The notes: a model not told the origin generated them from the sequence alone. A stretch of 64,000 bases of DNA from Candidatus Parcubacteria bacterium (GCA_027324805.1 DAHVRZ010000003.1:1294-65293); one strand, 5' to 3'; counted from the first letter of the stretch, positions 1 through 9,852 are shown. Numbers and translations are program-made.

Positions 1-162
1 CCTACCGGTACCGTACTTGCGGCAAACGGAGGAAATTATAATACATGGAATGGATATCTGGTGTCGAATTATTCGCTTCCCTCAACCGGAACATATACGT
101 TAAATCTTGTTCCAGTATATCCTTATACGGGAACTGCCGAAGTATATCTCACGAGCCCTTAG
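1..162 (+). CDS. 3' end of a partial CDS, probably a secreted/surface protein (beta-rich, PPC-like tail)
   Basis: Frame 1 is open from the window edge: PTGTVLAANGGNYNTWNGYLVSNYSLPSTGTYTLNLVPVYPYTGTAEVYLTSP* (TAG 160-162). Confidence 0.55.
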   Translation, partial: PTGTVLAANGGNYNTWNGYLVSNYSLPSTGTYTLNLVPVYPYTGTAEVYLTSP

Positions 163-287
163 TGTAAAAATCATTAAAATAAGAAATTGTTTATTTTTTG
201 ATTTTATCGATAATAATGAAGTTTGGAACGTATTCTTATTGGAAAAGCAGAAGATATATTTAAATACCGGCTCAGAGCGACATTAAT

Positions 288-389
288 GGATTCCGACGCA
301 ATGCTTTCACTCTCATCGAGCTTTTCGTGATAATCGCGATTATCGCAGTCCTTGCGGTCGCAGTGGTGCTCGTCCTCAATCCCGCTCTC
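288..389 (+). pseudogene. Type IV pilin N-terminal (prepilin cleavage/methylation) remnant
   Basis: Reads GFRRNAFTLIELFVIIAIIAVLAVAVVLVLNPAL; no in-frame ATG after the stop at 261-263 (ATG at 286 is out of frame); continues into non-pilin sequence. Confidence 0.6.
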
Positions 390-450
390 CGAGCGGCGGC
401 GAGGAAGGGACTCGCGGGCGATTCCCCCCAGGGTCCACAGAAGGATTACA

Positions 451-509
451 TTGACCTTTTAAGTGTCTGTGATATTTTGGCAATAGGTCTTCCGACCTAT
501 AAGGAGGGG
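451..509 (+). promoter_or_regulatory. Putative sigma70 promoter and Shine-Dalgarno site for ORF 513-1004
   Basis: TTGACC 451-456, TGaTATTTT 470-478, AAGGAGGGG 501-509 before ATG 513. Confidence 0.5.
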
Positions 510-512
510 ATT

Positions 513-1004
513 ATGGGCAATCCGACCTATGGAGGTCTTGTACGGATCCAATCGCTTTTCGAAGGGTCACAATTTCCACTGCCCGACTTCCGGGTGGGGA
601 TCGACAAGGGACCGAAGCCGTTGTACGGGTGTGGTCTTCCGATGGAACATTACTTTACGAAGGGAGAACCCTCCGACCTTTCACTGCGTGCCGATGAAAG
701 CGCGCACGAAGAGGTTGATGGCGTTGCTCTATGCTGCCTTGAGGGTGGCTATGGACTCCGTTTCATTCGAGAGGTGTTCCAGCAGGCGTGTCCGCTCAAT
801 GTTGACCTTTCGCTTCCGGTCAGGGCGTCGGGCGTCAGCGTCACAATGGAAGCATACGGCGACCCCGATTTCGTGGGGTATGTGTACCTCCATTACAACA
901 AGCTTCGGGATGTTGGGCGGTACGGAGTGTCGGACCCGTCGTTCCTTGATAGGGTCAAAATGTCCATCGTGCCGTGGTGGTATGCATTCCCCGAGGCGGC
1001 ATGA
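513..1004 (+). CDS. Hypothetical protein (ORFan cassette)
   Basis: ATG 513 (MGNPTYGG...) with strong SD inside the 327-1004 ORF; followed by a terminator. Confidence 0.6.
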   Translation: MGNPTYGGLVRIQSLFEGSQFPLPDFRVGIDKGPKPLYGCGLPMEHYFTKGEPSDLSLRADESAHEEVDGVALCCLEGGYGLRFIREVFQQACPLNVDLSLPVRASGVSVTMEAYGDPDFVGYVYLHYNKLRDVGRYGVSDPSFLDRVKMSIVPWWYAFPEAA

Positions 1005-1024
1005 GGGTCGGTTCTATGGGGTCA

Positions 1025-1058
1025 GGGCGTGTCTTCGAGTGACACGCCTTTTCTATTT
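1025..1058 (+). terminator. Rho-independent terminator
   Basis: GGCGTGTC-7nt-GACACGCC stem followed by TTTTCTATTT. Confidence 0.7.
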
Positions 1059-1114
1059 CACTGTCCACTGCGGCATCTTGAATTTGTTTCCGGCTTCTGA
1101 TAAGATTCTTTCCT

Positions 1115-2368
1115 ATGAGGCGCCACCCAGGCCTTTTTCTTTCCATCATCGTCATCGTCGCTGTTGCGGCGGGATTTTTTGTATGGCCGAAGGGGATAGG
1201 GCAGAAGGTCCTTCCCTGGAAGGAGGGCCTCGACCTTGTCGGCGGGAGTCATCTCGTGTATCAGATTGATCTTTCGAATGTATCATCCACTGACCAGGCT
1301 TCGGTAATCGCCGGCCTCCGTGACGTCATCGAAAAGCGCATAAACCTTTTTGGCGTCAGCGAGCCGAATATCTACACGACGCAGGCGGGTAACCAGGCCC
1401 AGCTTGTGGTGGAACTTGCGGGTGTGAAGGATCTTTCCCAGGCGATCAGCGAGATCGGCCAGACGCCATTCCTGCAATTTGAGGACGTTCAGACGAACGG
1501 TTCGAGTACGCAGTATATTCCGACGAATCTTACGGGTCAGTATGTGACGGGGGCAACCCTTTCTTTTGACGCGACGACGAATGCACCCCAGGTGGACATC
1601 AATTTCAACGGTGAAGGCGCTCAGATATTCGACGAAATGACGAAGGCGGATGTCGGTAAGCAGATTGCGATCTTCCTCGACGGCCAGCTCCTCGAGGCGC
1701 CGGTGGTCCAACAGGAGATCTCGGGCGGTAAGGCGACGATCAGCGGCAACTTCACCATCGCGACTGCTCAGCAGTTCGTCCAGCAGTTCAATGCGGGTGC
1801 ACTTCCGGCGCCGATCACGCTCATCAGCCAGCAGACGATAAGCCCGACGCTCGGTTCGAATTCCCTGAAGGGTGTGCTCGTTGCCGGTCTCATCGGTACG
1901 CTTCTTGTCATGCTCTTCATGATCTTCTATTACCGGCTCTTCGGCCTTTTCGCCGCGATCGCGCTCGTTATCTATGTGGCGCTCACCCTCGGCATCTTCA
2001 AGCTTTTTGGCATAACAATGACCCTCGCCGGCCTCGCGGGTTTCATACTGACCATTGGTATGGCGGTGGACGCGAACGTCCTTATTTTTGAACGCATCAA
2101 GGAGGAGCTTAAACGCGGCCTGCCACGCGTCTCCGCTGTCGAAGAAGGATTCCGCCGCGCATGGCCTTCCATCCGCGATTCGAACGCATCAACGATCATC
2201 ACCGCAATCATTCTCTATTACTTTACTTCGAGCTTCGTCCGGGGCTTCGCCCTCACGCTCCTTATCGGTGTTGTAGTGAGCCTCTTCAGCGCCATAACGA
2301 CAACGCGGCTCTTCCTCCGTCTTTTTGTGAAGGATAAACCCGCTTCGGCGAAACAAGCCACAGCATAA
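1115..2368 (+). CDS. secD: Protein translocase subunit SecD
   Basis: GLDLVGG, RINLFGVSEP, IGMAVDANVLIFERIKEE motifs; C-terminal TM bundle. Confidence 0.96.
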   Translation: MRRHPGLFLSIIVIVAVAAGFFVWPKGIGQKVLPWKEGLDLVGGSHLVYQIDLSNVSSTDQASVIAGLRDVIEKRINLFGVSEPNIYTTQAGNQAQLVVELAGVKDLSQAISEIGQTPFLQFEDVQTNGSSTQYIPTNLTGQYVTGATLSFDATTNAPQVDINFNGEGAQIFDEMTKADVGKQIAIFLDGQLLEAPVVQQEISGGKATISGNFTIATAQQFVQQFNAGALPAPITLISQQTISPTLGSNSLKGVLVAGLIGTLLVMLFMIFYYRLFGLFAAIALVIYVALTLGIFKLFGITMTLAGLAGFILTIGMAVDANVLIFERIKEELKRGLPRVSAVEEGFRRAWPSIRDSNASTIITAIILYYFTSSFVRGFALTLLIGVVVSLFSAITTTRLFLRLFVKDKPASAKQATA

Positions 2369-2372
2369 TCCT

Positions 2373-3278
2373 ATGAACATCGTCGGACATAAAAAAATCT
2401 GGTTTGCCATCTCCATTCTGCTCGTCGGCGCAGCCCTTGTTTCTGTTGCACTTTTCCGGTTCAACCTGGGTACCGAATTTACGGGCGGTACGCTTTGGGA
2501 GTTTTCCGTTCCAGGGCAGAGCCTTTCGCTGTCCGATGTGCAGAACGAATTCGTAAACGGTCTCAAGATCGCCGATGCGAACGTTGCCTACGATTCAACA
2601 AGCCACTCCTTCCTCGTGACATTCGGCACGCTTAATGAGGTGGGCCACCAGGCAGATCTTTCGTCGCTCAAATCCGTATGGCCGTCGTTTACGGAACTGA
2701 GCTTCCAGTCCATCAGCCCGTCGGTCGGGGCAAATCTGTTGCAGAGTTCCATTATCGCAATCATTCTGGTGCTCCTTGGTATTTCGCTTTATATCGCTTT
2801 CGCATTCCGCAAGGCATCCCGTCCGATTAGTTCGTGGAAATATGGCTGGATAACCCTCCTCACCCTGTTCCATGACGTTTCCATTCCCGCCGGCATGCTC
2901 GCCCTTCTTGGACATTTCGGAGGGATCCAGATAACGAGTAACATCATCGTGGCGCTCCTTGTTGTCATGGGCTTTTCGGTTCACGATACGATCGTCGTAT
3001 TCGATCGCATCCGTGAGAATATCCTCAATTACCGCGGTAAGGAATCGTTCCCGAAGATCGTGAACGACAGTGTGAACCAAACGCTCGCGCGTTCGATCAA
3101 CACATCCTTTACGCTCATCCTTGTGCTTCTCGCGCTCTATTTTGTCGGCCCTGCCGATCTGCAGTATTTCGTACTCACGCTTCTTGTCGGCGTGGTTACC
3201 GGTATCTACTCCTCCATCTTTATTGCAAGCCCGGCGCTCGTCGTGATCAGTCCCAAGGAAGCAAAGAAGGGGATATAG
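2373..3278 (+). CDS. secF: Protein translocase subunit SecF
   Basis: GTEFTGG, GFSVHDTIVVFDRIREN, TLARSINTS motifs; follows secD. Confidence 0.96.
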   Translation: MNIVGHKKIWFAISILLVGAALVSVALFRFNLGTEFTGGTLWEFSVPGQSLSLSDVQNEFVNGLKIADANVAYDSTSHSFLVTFGTLNEVGHQADLSSLKSVWPSFTELSFQSISPSVGANLLQSSIIAIILVLLGISLYIAFAFRKASRPISSWKYGWITLLTLFHDVSIPAGMLALLGHFGGIQITSNIIVALLVVMGFSVHDTIVVFDRIRENILNYRGKESFPKIVNDSVNQTLARSINTSFTLILVLLALYFVGPADLQYFVLTLLVGVVTGIYSSIFIASPALVVISPKEAKKGI

Positions 3279-3311
3279 GGATTTTCGGAAGGGCGGACGC
3301 CGTGAAATTGC

Positions 3312-3340
3312 TTGACTTATATAGAAAACTTCCCTATAAT
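3312..3340 (+). promoter_or_regulatory. Near-consensus sigma70 promoter
   Basis: TTGACT (3312-3317), 17-nt spacer, TATAAT (3335-3340); ATG at 3370. Confidence 0.75.
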
Positions 3341-3369
3341 AGAAAAACATATAAGAGAATAGCATAACC

Positions 3370-4407
3370 ATGGCGTCCATAACGAAGCTCGTAAACACCG
3401 CGGTTGCAGGACTTAACCCCCGTCAAAAGGAGGTTATTTATGCCCGTTTCGGAATCGACAATGTTTCAGGGAAAGGCGGACAGACGTTAGCGGCGATCGG
3501 CGAGAAGCTCCATGTGACCCGCGAGCGCGTGCGCCAAATCGAGAACGGTGCCATTGTCGTTATTAAGCGCAATATCGGGCGTAGCCCCGAATTGGAGGCT
3601 GCGTTGTCCAAAATCGCAAAATTCATCGCCGGTAAAGGAGGTGTTGCGAAGAAGTCCGAGGTGGTTCGCTATGCGGCGACCATCGCCACGGGTGCCAAGG
3701 AAAACCATATCGACTTCCTCGCCGACGCTTCGGGTGTGTTTCATCTCTATCGCGAGGACGACGCGTTCCACCCTTTCTATTATGTCACCGAAAAAGATCT
3801 CAAGAATGTCCGCACGTTCGTTGAGGGATGGGTTGCATTCCTGAAGAACCGGAGGGATAAGGTCTTTGCCGAATCCTACGAGGTCCAACTCGCCGGCTTC
3901 ATGAAGACGAAGGCCATCGAGGGAGAGATCGCGGAAAATTACCTTTCTGTTTCAAAGCATATCCACAAGAACCCGTACGGGGACACCGGCCTCCGCGAAT
4001 GGCCCGAGATCAGTCCGTCGACGGTGCGCGACAAAATTTATCTTGTACTCAAAAAGAACGGTGAGCCGCTCCATTTCGAGGATATTGCGCGGCACATTAA
4101 TCTTGCGAAGTTCGATACCGAAAAGGCGCTTGCCCCTACGGTTCATAACGAACTTATAAAAGATAACCGCTTCGTGCTCGTTGGCCGCGGCCTTTACGGC
4201 CTGAAGGAGCACGGTTATGAACCGGGTACCGCGCGCGAAGTGATCGCGAAGATACTCAAGGGTAAAGGCGCTATGAACACCGCCGAGGTGATGGATGCGG
4301 TTAACAAGCAGCGCTTCTTCAAGCCGAACACGATCCTCATCAACCTCCAAAACCGGAACTTCTTCGAACGCATGCCGGACGGCAAGTATCGGGTCCGCGA
4401 ATCCTAA
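3370..4407 (+). CDS. Sigma70 region-4 HTH protein with C-terminal winged-helix (HARE-HTH-like) domains
   Basis: LNPRQKEVIYARFG...TLAAIGEKLHVTRERVRQIE (region-4-like HTH); GEPLHFEDIA...TVHNELIKDNRFVLVGRGLYGL; no region 2 visible. Confidence 0.75.
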   Translation: MASITKLVNTAVAGLNPRQKEVIYARFGIDNVSGKGGQTLAAIGEKLHVTRERVRQIENGAIVVIKRNIGRSPELEAALSKIAKFIAGKGGVAKKSEVVRYAATIATGAKENHIDFLADASGVFHLYREDDAFHPFYYVTEKDLKNVRTFVEGWVAFLKNRRDKVFAESYEVQLAGFMKTKAIEGEIAENYLSVSKHIHKNPYGDTGLREWPEISPSTVRDKIYLVLKKNGEPLHFEDIARHINLAKFDTEKALAPTVHNELIKDNRFVLVGRGLYGLKEHGYEPGTAREVIAKILKGKGAMNTAEVMDAVNKQRFFKPNTILINLQNRNFFERMPDGKYRVRES

Positions 4408-4417
4408 TAAACAGCCC

Positions 4418-4439
4418 TATCCGCGCTCCGGCGCGGATA
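4418..4439 (+). terminator. Stem-loop after the HTH gene
   Basis: TATCCGCGC-TCCG-GCGCGGATA perfect 9-bp stem; no U tract. Confidence 0.45.
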
Positions 4440-4458
4440 TCTGTTATAATTGCAGTAT

Positions 4459-5811
4459 ATGGATATAGTTTGGGGCATTCTGAGCGGTGCGGGAACCGTC
4501 CTTTATTACACCTGGTGGCTCTGGGTCTTTATCATTGCGGGACCGCTTTTTGTGGAGGTGTGGCTTTTTTGGAAACAGGAAACTTTCAAACATGATATCG
4601 ATTGGGTGCTCCTTGAACTTCGGATGCCGCGCGAGGTGCGCAAAAGTCCGATGGCAATGGAGCAGGTGCTCGCAGCATTGCATTCCCTTAGGAATGCGCC
4701 GGGCGACTTCCAGGAAAAATATTTGAATGGTGAGATAACGCGATGGTTCTCGCTCGAACTGGTAAGTCTTGGCGGTGAGGTTCACTTTTATATTCGTGCA
4801 CCGCGGGGACAAAAAGACCTCGTTGAGGCCGCATTTTTCTCATATTATTCCGACGTCGAGCTTGCGGAGGTGGATGATTATGTGAGCAATCTCCCGGAAA
4901 GTATGAATGAACTTTATGAAGGAGGATATGAGCTTTGGGGGACGGAGCTTGTCCTCGCCAAAAACGAGGCATATCCTATCAAAAGCTATCTTGACTTTGA
5001 AGCACCCGAGGAGGAAAAACAGTACGATCCCATTTCAATGTTTCTCGAGGTGCTCGGCAAGGCAAAGCGGGAGGAGTTCGTTGGCATCCAGTTCGAGATC
5101 GCGCCGGCAGGCGACGAATGGAAAACGCATGGCCAGCATGTGGTCGAGGAGCTTCGTTCGAAAAAAGAAGGCGGAGGACGCGGACCGGGCGCGAGTATGG
5201 GCATCGAATTCCCGCACATCCTTCCCACCTTTCCCGTCGAAAAGCACGACGGTAAAGAAGACAGTGCTATTTCGAAAATGTTTCTCCGAACTCCGGGCGA
5301 GACCGATGTATTGAAAGCGGTCGAAGAGAACCTTTCAAAGCCGGGATTCGAGACCGTAGTCCGTTTTGTCTACACCTCGCCCAAAGAGCTTTATGCCGAC
5401 ACGTTTGCCCGTCGCGGCGTCATCGGCGCTTTCAATCAATATGCTTCTAACGACCTCAATTCGTTCAAGCAGAACGAGTATATGAGTACAAGGGCGAAGG
5501 CATGGAAGTGGCCGCATATGTTTCCATCGCGTCGCGTGTATCTTCGTCGCGAGCGGATTCTGGAATACTATCGTCACCGCGAGATCCCACCGCACGTGGG
5601 CATCGGAAAGCATTTCCTCGGGAGGTTTATGAACGGCGAACATTCAGAGCACTTCATCATGACGACCCGGTCGCTTGCGACACTGTTCCACCCGCCGACC
5701 TATCTCGTGCTTACCGCGCCGCACGTCCGCCGCATCGAAAGCCGCAAGGCGGGTCCGCCGGCCGGTCTCCCGATCTATGGCGCCGAGGAAACTATCGAAA
5801 AATTCCGATGA
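4459..5811 (+). CDS. Membrane-anchored hypothetical protein, probable partner of the downstream HerA/VirD4-like ATPase
   Basis: N-terminal Trp-rich TM segment; TGTTATAAT 8 nt before ATG 4459; ATGA overlap with the next gene. Confidence 0.75.
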   Translation: MDIVWGILSGAGTVLYYTWWLWVFIIAGPLFVEVWLFWKQETFKHDIDWVLLELRMPREVRKSPMAMEQVLAALHSLRNAPGDFQEKYLNGEITRWFSLELVSLGGEVHFYIRAPRGQKDLVEAAFFSYYSDVELAEVDDYVSNLPESMNELYEGGYELWGTELVLAKNEAYPIKSYLDFEAPEEEKQYDPISMFLEVLGKAKREEFVGIQFEIAPAGDEWKTHGQHVVEELRSKKEGGGRGPGASMGIEFPHILPTFPVEKHDGKEDSAISKMFLRTPGETDVLKAVEENLSKPGFETVVRFVYTSPKELYADTFARRGVIGAFNQYASNDLNSFKQNEYMSTRAKAWKWPHMFPSRRVYLRRERILEYYRHREIPPHVGIGKHFLGRFMNGEHSEHFIMTTRSLATLFHPPTYLVLTAPHVRRIESRKAGPPAGLPIYGAEETIEKFR

Positions 5812-6341
5812 TACCCGCACCTCCTTCCTCATTTCCGACGACGTTCTGGGGCATCTACGATTTTGTCGGGGCGATGTTTATTATGGCCGACATCGTGCTC
5901 ATTATAGGACTCGCGTATTCAGTGGCGCGATCATGGCGATTCCGACCCGGTTTCCATGCCAGCGCGGCGCATGAACACAAAGGACCAAGCAAAGCGCCTC
6001 ACAAGCCGACGATGCACGATATCGTTATGCGTGAACGCTGGCAGTCGATCGTCCATAAATTCCACACCGGCACGCCTGAAGCGTCGCGTCTCGCAATCAT
6101 CGAGGCCGATTCGCTTGTGGATACTGCACTTAAGAACATGCGGATCGAAGGAGAGCATCTCGCCGACCGGCTTTCGAATCTTGAGGATGAGGATATTAAA
6201 TCCATGCAGAAGGTCTGGCGTGCACACCGCGTGCGCAATGACCTTGTGCACACGTCGGGATTCGCCATTGCGCCGCATGATGCGGAGCGGACCATGCAGG
6301 ATTACGAAGCGTTTCTGCGGGAAATAAACGTGATCGAATAA
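5808..6341 (+). CDS. Membrane-anchored protein with HEPN-like (DUF4145-like) C-terminal domain
   Basis: ATG overlaps the upstream TGA; one TM helix; RLAIIEADSLVD...HLADRL...AHRVRNDLVH (R-x4-H). Confidence 0.7.
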   Translation: MIPAPPSSFPTTFWGIYDFVGAMFIMADIVLIIGLAYSVARSWRFRPGFHASAAHEHKGPSKAPHKPTMHDIVMRERWQSIVHKFHTGTPEASRLAIIEADSLVDTALKNMRIEGEHLADRLSNLEDEDIKSMQKVWRAHRVRNDLVHTSGFAIAPHDAERTMQDYEAFLREINVIE

Positions 6342-6345
6342 CGTC

Positions 6346-7827
6346 ATGCCGAAACCGGGAAAGATCCAGATCATCAAATATGCGCCGCCGCCGCCGGAGC
6401 TTCCGATATACGGACAGGTGGACCCTGCAGAGGCTTCGTTCATTGGCCGTACGAACTACGTTGCCGCGCTCGAGGAAAAGAAGTTTGTGTTTGGCATCAA
6501 ACGCGGGGATCGCAGGCGTCATCTTTATATTATCGGGAAGAGCGGGGTGGGCAAGTCGAAACTGCTCGAACTCCTGATCCGCCAGGACATCGGTTACGGC
6601 TACGGGCTTTGCCTCATGGACCCGCATGGCGACGTGATCGACGCGATCCTCGATTTTATTCCCGAAGACCGGATAAAGGACGTTGTGATCATCGATCCAA
6701 CCGATCTCGATCATCCGGCATCCTTCAATCCACTCCAGAACATCGATCCCAGTTTCAAGCATCAGCTTGCGCAAGGACTCATCGAGGTGATGGAAAAGCA
6801 GTTCGGGGCCAACTGGACCCCGCGCCTCGAGCACGTGTTTCGTTTCACCGTCCTCGCACTCCTTGATTATCCGCACGCGACGATGCGCGGCATGATTTCC
6901 ATGCTTACCGACCGAAATTACCGCCAGAAGGTCGTCGAATATATCGACGACGACATGGTGAAGCGCTTCTGGGCGATCGAATTCGCGGATTGGTCCGAGA
7001 AGTTCGATACCGATGCGATCATCCCTCTCGTGAACAAGCTCGGTCAGTTTTTGTCCGACCCGCTCCTACGTAATATCTTCGGGCAGAAGGAGAACAAGAT
7101 AAACCTCGAGGAGTTGATGAATCAAAAAAAGATCATTCTCATCAATCTCTCGAAGGGGCGTCTCGGCGAGGAGAACGCATCGTTTCTTGGTGCGATGTTC
7201 ATCACGAAGATCAAGCAGGCCGGCATGGCGCGCGCGGCGATCCCACAGAAGGATCGGCACGATTTCTATCTTTATGTGGACGAGTTCCATAATCTCGTGA
7301 CCGAAACGTTCGAGAACATTCTTTCCGAGGCGCGCAAATATGGTCTATGCCTTACGGTTGCGCACCAATATATGGGCCAGCTCATCCCGCGCGTTCAGAT
7401 GGCTGTGCTCGGCAACGTCGGCAGTATTATCGTATTCCGCGTCGGAGGCGAGGACGCCGTGCATCTTAAGCCGGAGATGGCCCCGATCTTCGACGTAAAG
7501 GATATGATCAACCTCGGCATGCAAGAGTTTTATATCAAGATGATGATCGATGGCGAAAGCTACGATCCCTTCTCGGCCGAGACGCTCAAGGTGCTCGAAC
7601 CGCCGCACCGTTCGTTCCGCAAGGAGATCATCGAGGAATCGCGGCGGAGGTATACCATTTCCGCCGATGCCGCAAAAAAACTCATTCAGGAAGAGGAGGC
7701 GGGTATCCTGCGGAGCGCCCAGGAAAAAAGCATTATCACGGGCGGCCGCGGGACCCACGGAAACCTTTCGGGCATGGGCTCTTCCGATAATAACGGCATT
7801 GACCAACCTCCCGAGCCGTTGATATGA
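6346..7827 (+). CDS. HerA/VirD4(TraG)-like P-loop ATPase, copy 1
   Basis: HLYIIGKSGVGKS (Walker A), MDPHGD, FYLYVDEFHN (Walker B), LSEARKYGL, AHQY. Confidence 0.88.
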   Translation: MPKPGKIQIIKYAPPPPELPIYGQVDPAEASFIGRTNYVAALEEKKFVFGIKRGDRRRHLYIIGKSGVGKSKLLELLIRQDIGYGYGLCLMDPHGDVIDAILDFIPEDRIKDVVIIDPTDLDHPASFNPLQNIDPSFKHQLAQGLIEVMEKQFGANWTPRLEHVFRFTVLALLDYPHATMRGMISMLTDRNYRQKVVEYIDDDMVKRFWAIEFADWSEKFDTDAIIPLVNKLGQFLSDPLLRNIFGQKENKINLEELMNQKKIILINLSKGRLGEENASFLGAMFITKIKQAGMARAAIPQKDRHDFYLYVDEFHNLVTETFENILSEARKYGLCLTVAHQYMGQLIPRVQMAVLGNVGSIIVFRVGGEDAVHLKPEMAPIFDVKDMINLGMQEFYIKMMIDGESYDPFSAETLKVLEPPHRSFRKEIIEESRRRYTISADAAKKLIQEEEAGILRSAQEKSIITGGRGTHGNLSGMGSSDNNGIDQPPEPLI

Positions 7828-7858
7828 TATAGTCATAAACCTTTAACGCACCAAGAGC

Positions 7859-8050
7859 ATGTTCGTTCCCTGGTGGATCATCATTCTTGTGGGACTTCTA
7901 CTTGTCTATTTGGTGCTTATGAATGCGCATCTTCACAAGCGCGTGCGGAAACTCGAATCCGTCGTCCGTCGTCTCGAAGGTGTGAGCGAGGAGGAGGTCA
8001 AGAAGCAGATCAAGGAGCGGATGACGCAATACGATGCCGGAGGGGATTAA
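7859..8050 (+). CDS. Small membrane protein (TM helix plus coiled coil)
   Basis: WWIIILVGLLLVYLVL then a charged helix; overlaps the start of the next gene. Confidence 0.65.
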   Translation: MFVPWWIIILVGLLLVYLVLMNAHLHKRVRKLESVVRRLEGVSEEEVKKQIKERMTQYDAGGD

Positions 8051-9842
8051 CGCTCCGACTGGCGAAACGCGCGCATGCGCGAACTGCGACACTCCGTTCG
8101 TCATTGAACCGGAGGATTTTTTGTTCTATGAACGGATGAAGGTGCCGCCACCGACATTCTGCCCGGACTGCCGGCTGCAGCGGCGGATGGTGTTTCGCAA
8201 CGAGAGAGCACTCTATAAACGGACATGCGATCTTTGTAAAAAAGCATTGATCGGTATTTATTCGGAAGGGACGCCATTCCCGGTCTATTGCAGCGAGTGT
8301 TGGTGGAGCGACAAATGGGACCCGGAAGATTATGCGATGGAATACGATTTCGGGAAGCCGTTCTTCGCGCAATGGAAAGAACTTCAAGATCGCGTCCCTC
8401 GGCAGCATACGAACAATACGGTGACGAGCACCATTGTGAACAGTGTGTATACAAATTGCGCGGGTGATATGAAAAATTGCTATCTCGTCTTCGGTGCCAT
8501 GAACGACGAGGATAGTATGTATTCCCATTATCTCAACTATTCCCGATTCTGTGTCGATGATTTGTACGTCCTGAATTCCGAACATTGCTATGAGTGCGTT
8601 GATGTCGAACAATGCAACAATGTCCGCTGGTCCCAGTCGTGCCTCGGGTGTCGGGATTCGGCGTTCCTCTTCGATTGCCGCAACTGCAATGACTGTATCG
8701 GGTGCGTCGGCCTCCGCAATAAGCAATATCATATTTTCAATAAGCCTTACTCGAAGGAAGGATATATAAAAGAAAAAGAGAGCCTCGGGCTCGACTCCCG
8801 CGCCGGCATCGGACGATTCCGCGAACGATTTATGCGCGAACTCTATTACAAACTTCCGCGCAAGCATTATCACGGACAGATGAATAAGGATTCGACGGGG
8901 GACTATCTTTCGAATTCCGAACGTACCGAGTCCGCCTTCTATACCAAAAATGCCCGCGGTTCGAAGTATATTTTCTGGGCGCAAAATGTAAATGACGTAT
9001 ACGATTATTTCGCATGGGGCGATATGGAACTTTGCTGCGAATGCGTTTCCGGCGGCTACGGCATGCATAACTGCAAATTCACCCACACATGCTGGACAGA
9101 GCTTCGCAATGTCGATTATTCAAGTCTTTGCTTTACAGGGTCGGACCTTTTCGGATGCATCGGTATGAGAAACAAGCGTTTCTGCGTGCTCAACAAGCAA
9201 TATGGCGAAGCGGAATATCGCGATATGCGGGCGCGCATCCTGGCGCAGATGGATATTGTGCCGTATCGGGATGCACAAGGGATCGAATACCGTTATGGGG
9301 AGAATTTTCCGATCGAGCTTTCGCCTTTCGCATATGCCGATACGGTTGCACAGGAGCATTTTCCGCTTTCGTCTGACGAGATCGCGACGCGCGGTTACGG
9401 CAAGCAGGGGGCGCAGGATCATGCGAATAATGCAGTGACAAAGGGCGCGGTGGACCTCCCGGACTCCATCGAAAATGTTTCGGATACGATCCTTGATGAG
9501 GTCATCGGGTGCGCGCACAACGGGTTGTGCACGCATCAGTGTTCCAACGCATTCCGGATCATTCCCGCGGAATTGGAGTATTATCGCCACAAAGATATCC
9601 CACTACCCATGCTTTGCCATAATTGCCGCCACGGGGAGCGCGTGGCCCTCCGCAATCCTCTGAAACTTTGGCATCGGAAATGCCGCTGCTCCGGCGTACG
9701 GGATGAAGAGGGGTTGTATGTGAATAGGGGAGCTCATTTCCACGGCAAGGATGCATGCCCGAACGAATTTGAGACCTCCTATGCGCCAGACCGGCCCGAG
9801 ATCGTCTATTGCGAACAGTGCTACAACAGCGAAATCGCCTGA
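8034..9842 (+). CDS. Cys-rich multi-zinc-ribbon repeat protein, copy 1 of 5
   Basis: CxxC pairs at both termini, central Cys/Asn/Ser repeats, GCVGLRNKQY motif twice, YGENFP, terminal VYCEQCY. Confidence 0.9.
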   Translation: MPEGINAPTGETRACANCDTPFVIEPEDFLFYERMKVPPPTFCPDCRLQRRMVFRNERALYKRTCDLCKKALIGIYSEGTPFPVYCSECWWSDKWDPEDYAMEYDFGKPFFAQWKELQDRVPRQHTNNTVTSTIVNSVYTNCAGDMKNCYLVFGAMNDEDSMYSHYLNYSRFCVDDLYVLNSEHCYECVDVEQCNNVRWSQSCLGCRDSAFLFDCRNCNDCIGCVGLRNKQYHIFNKPYSKEGYIKEKESLGLDSRAGIGRFRERFMRELYYKLPRKHYHGQMNKDSTGDYLSNSERTESAFYTKNARGSKYIFWAQNVNDVYDYFAWGDMELCCECVSGGYGMHNCKFTHTCWTELRNVDYSSLCFTGSDLFGCIGMRNKRFCVLNKQYGEAEYRDMRARILAQMDIVPYRDAQGIEYRYGENFPIELSPFAYADTVAQEHFPLSSDEIATRGYGKQGAQDHANNAVTKGAVDLPDSIENVSDTILDEVIGCAHNGLCTHQCSNAFRIIPAELEYYRHKDIPLPMLCHNCRHGERVALRNPLKLWHRKCRCSGVRDEEGLYVNRGAHFHGKDACPNEFETSYAPDRPEIVYCEQCYNSEIA

Positions 9843-9852
9843 GACTTTTTCC

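Noticed and set aside
327..1004. 225-aa ORF as a single real protein
   Set aside because: Better explained as a start-less pilin remnant in frame with a separate gene that has its own promoter and SD at ATG 513
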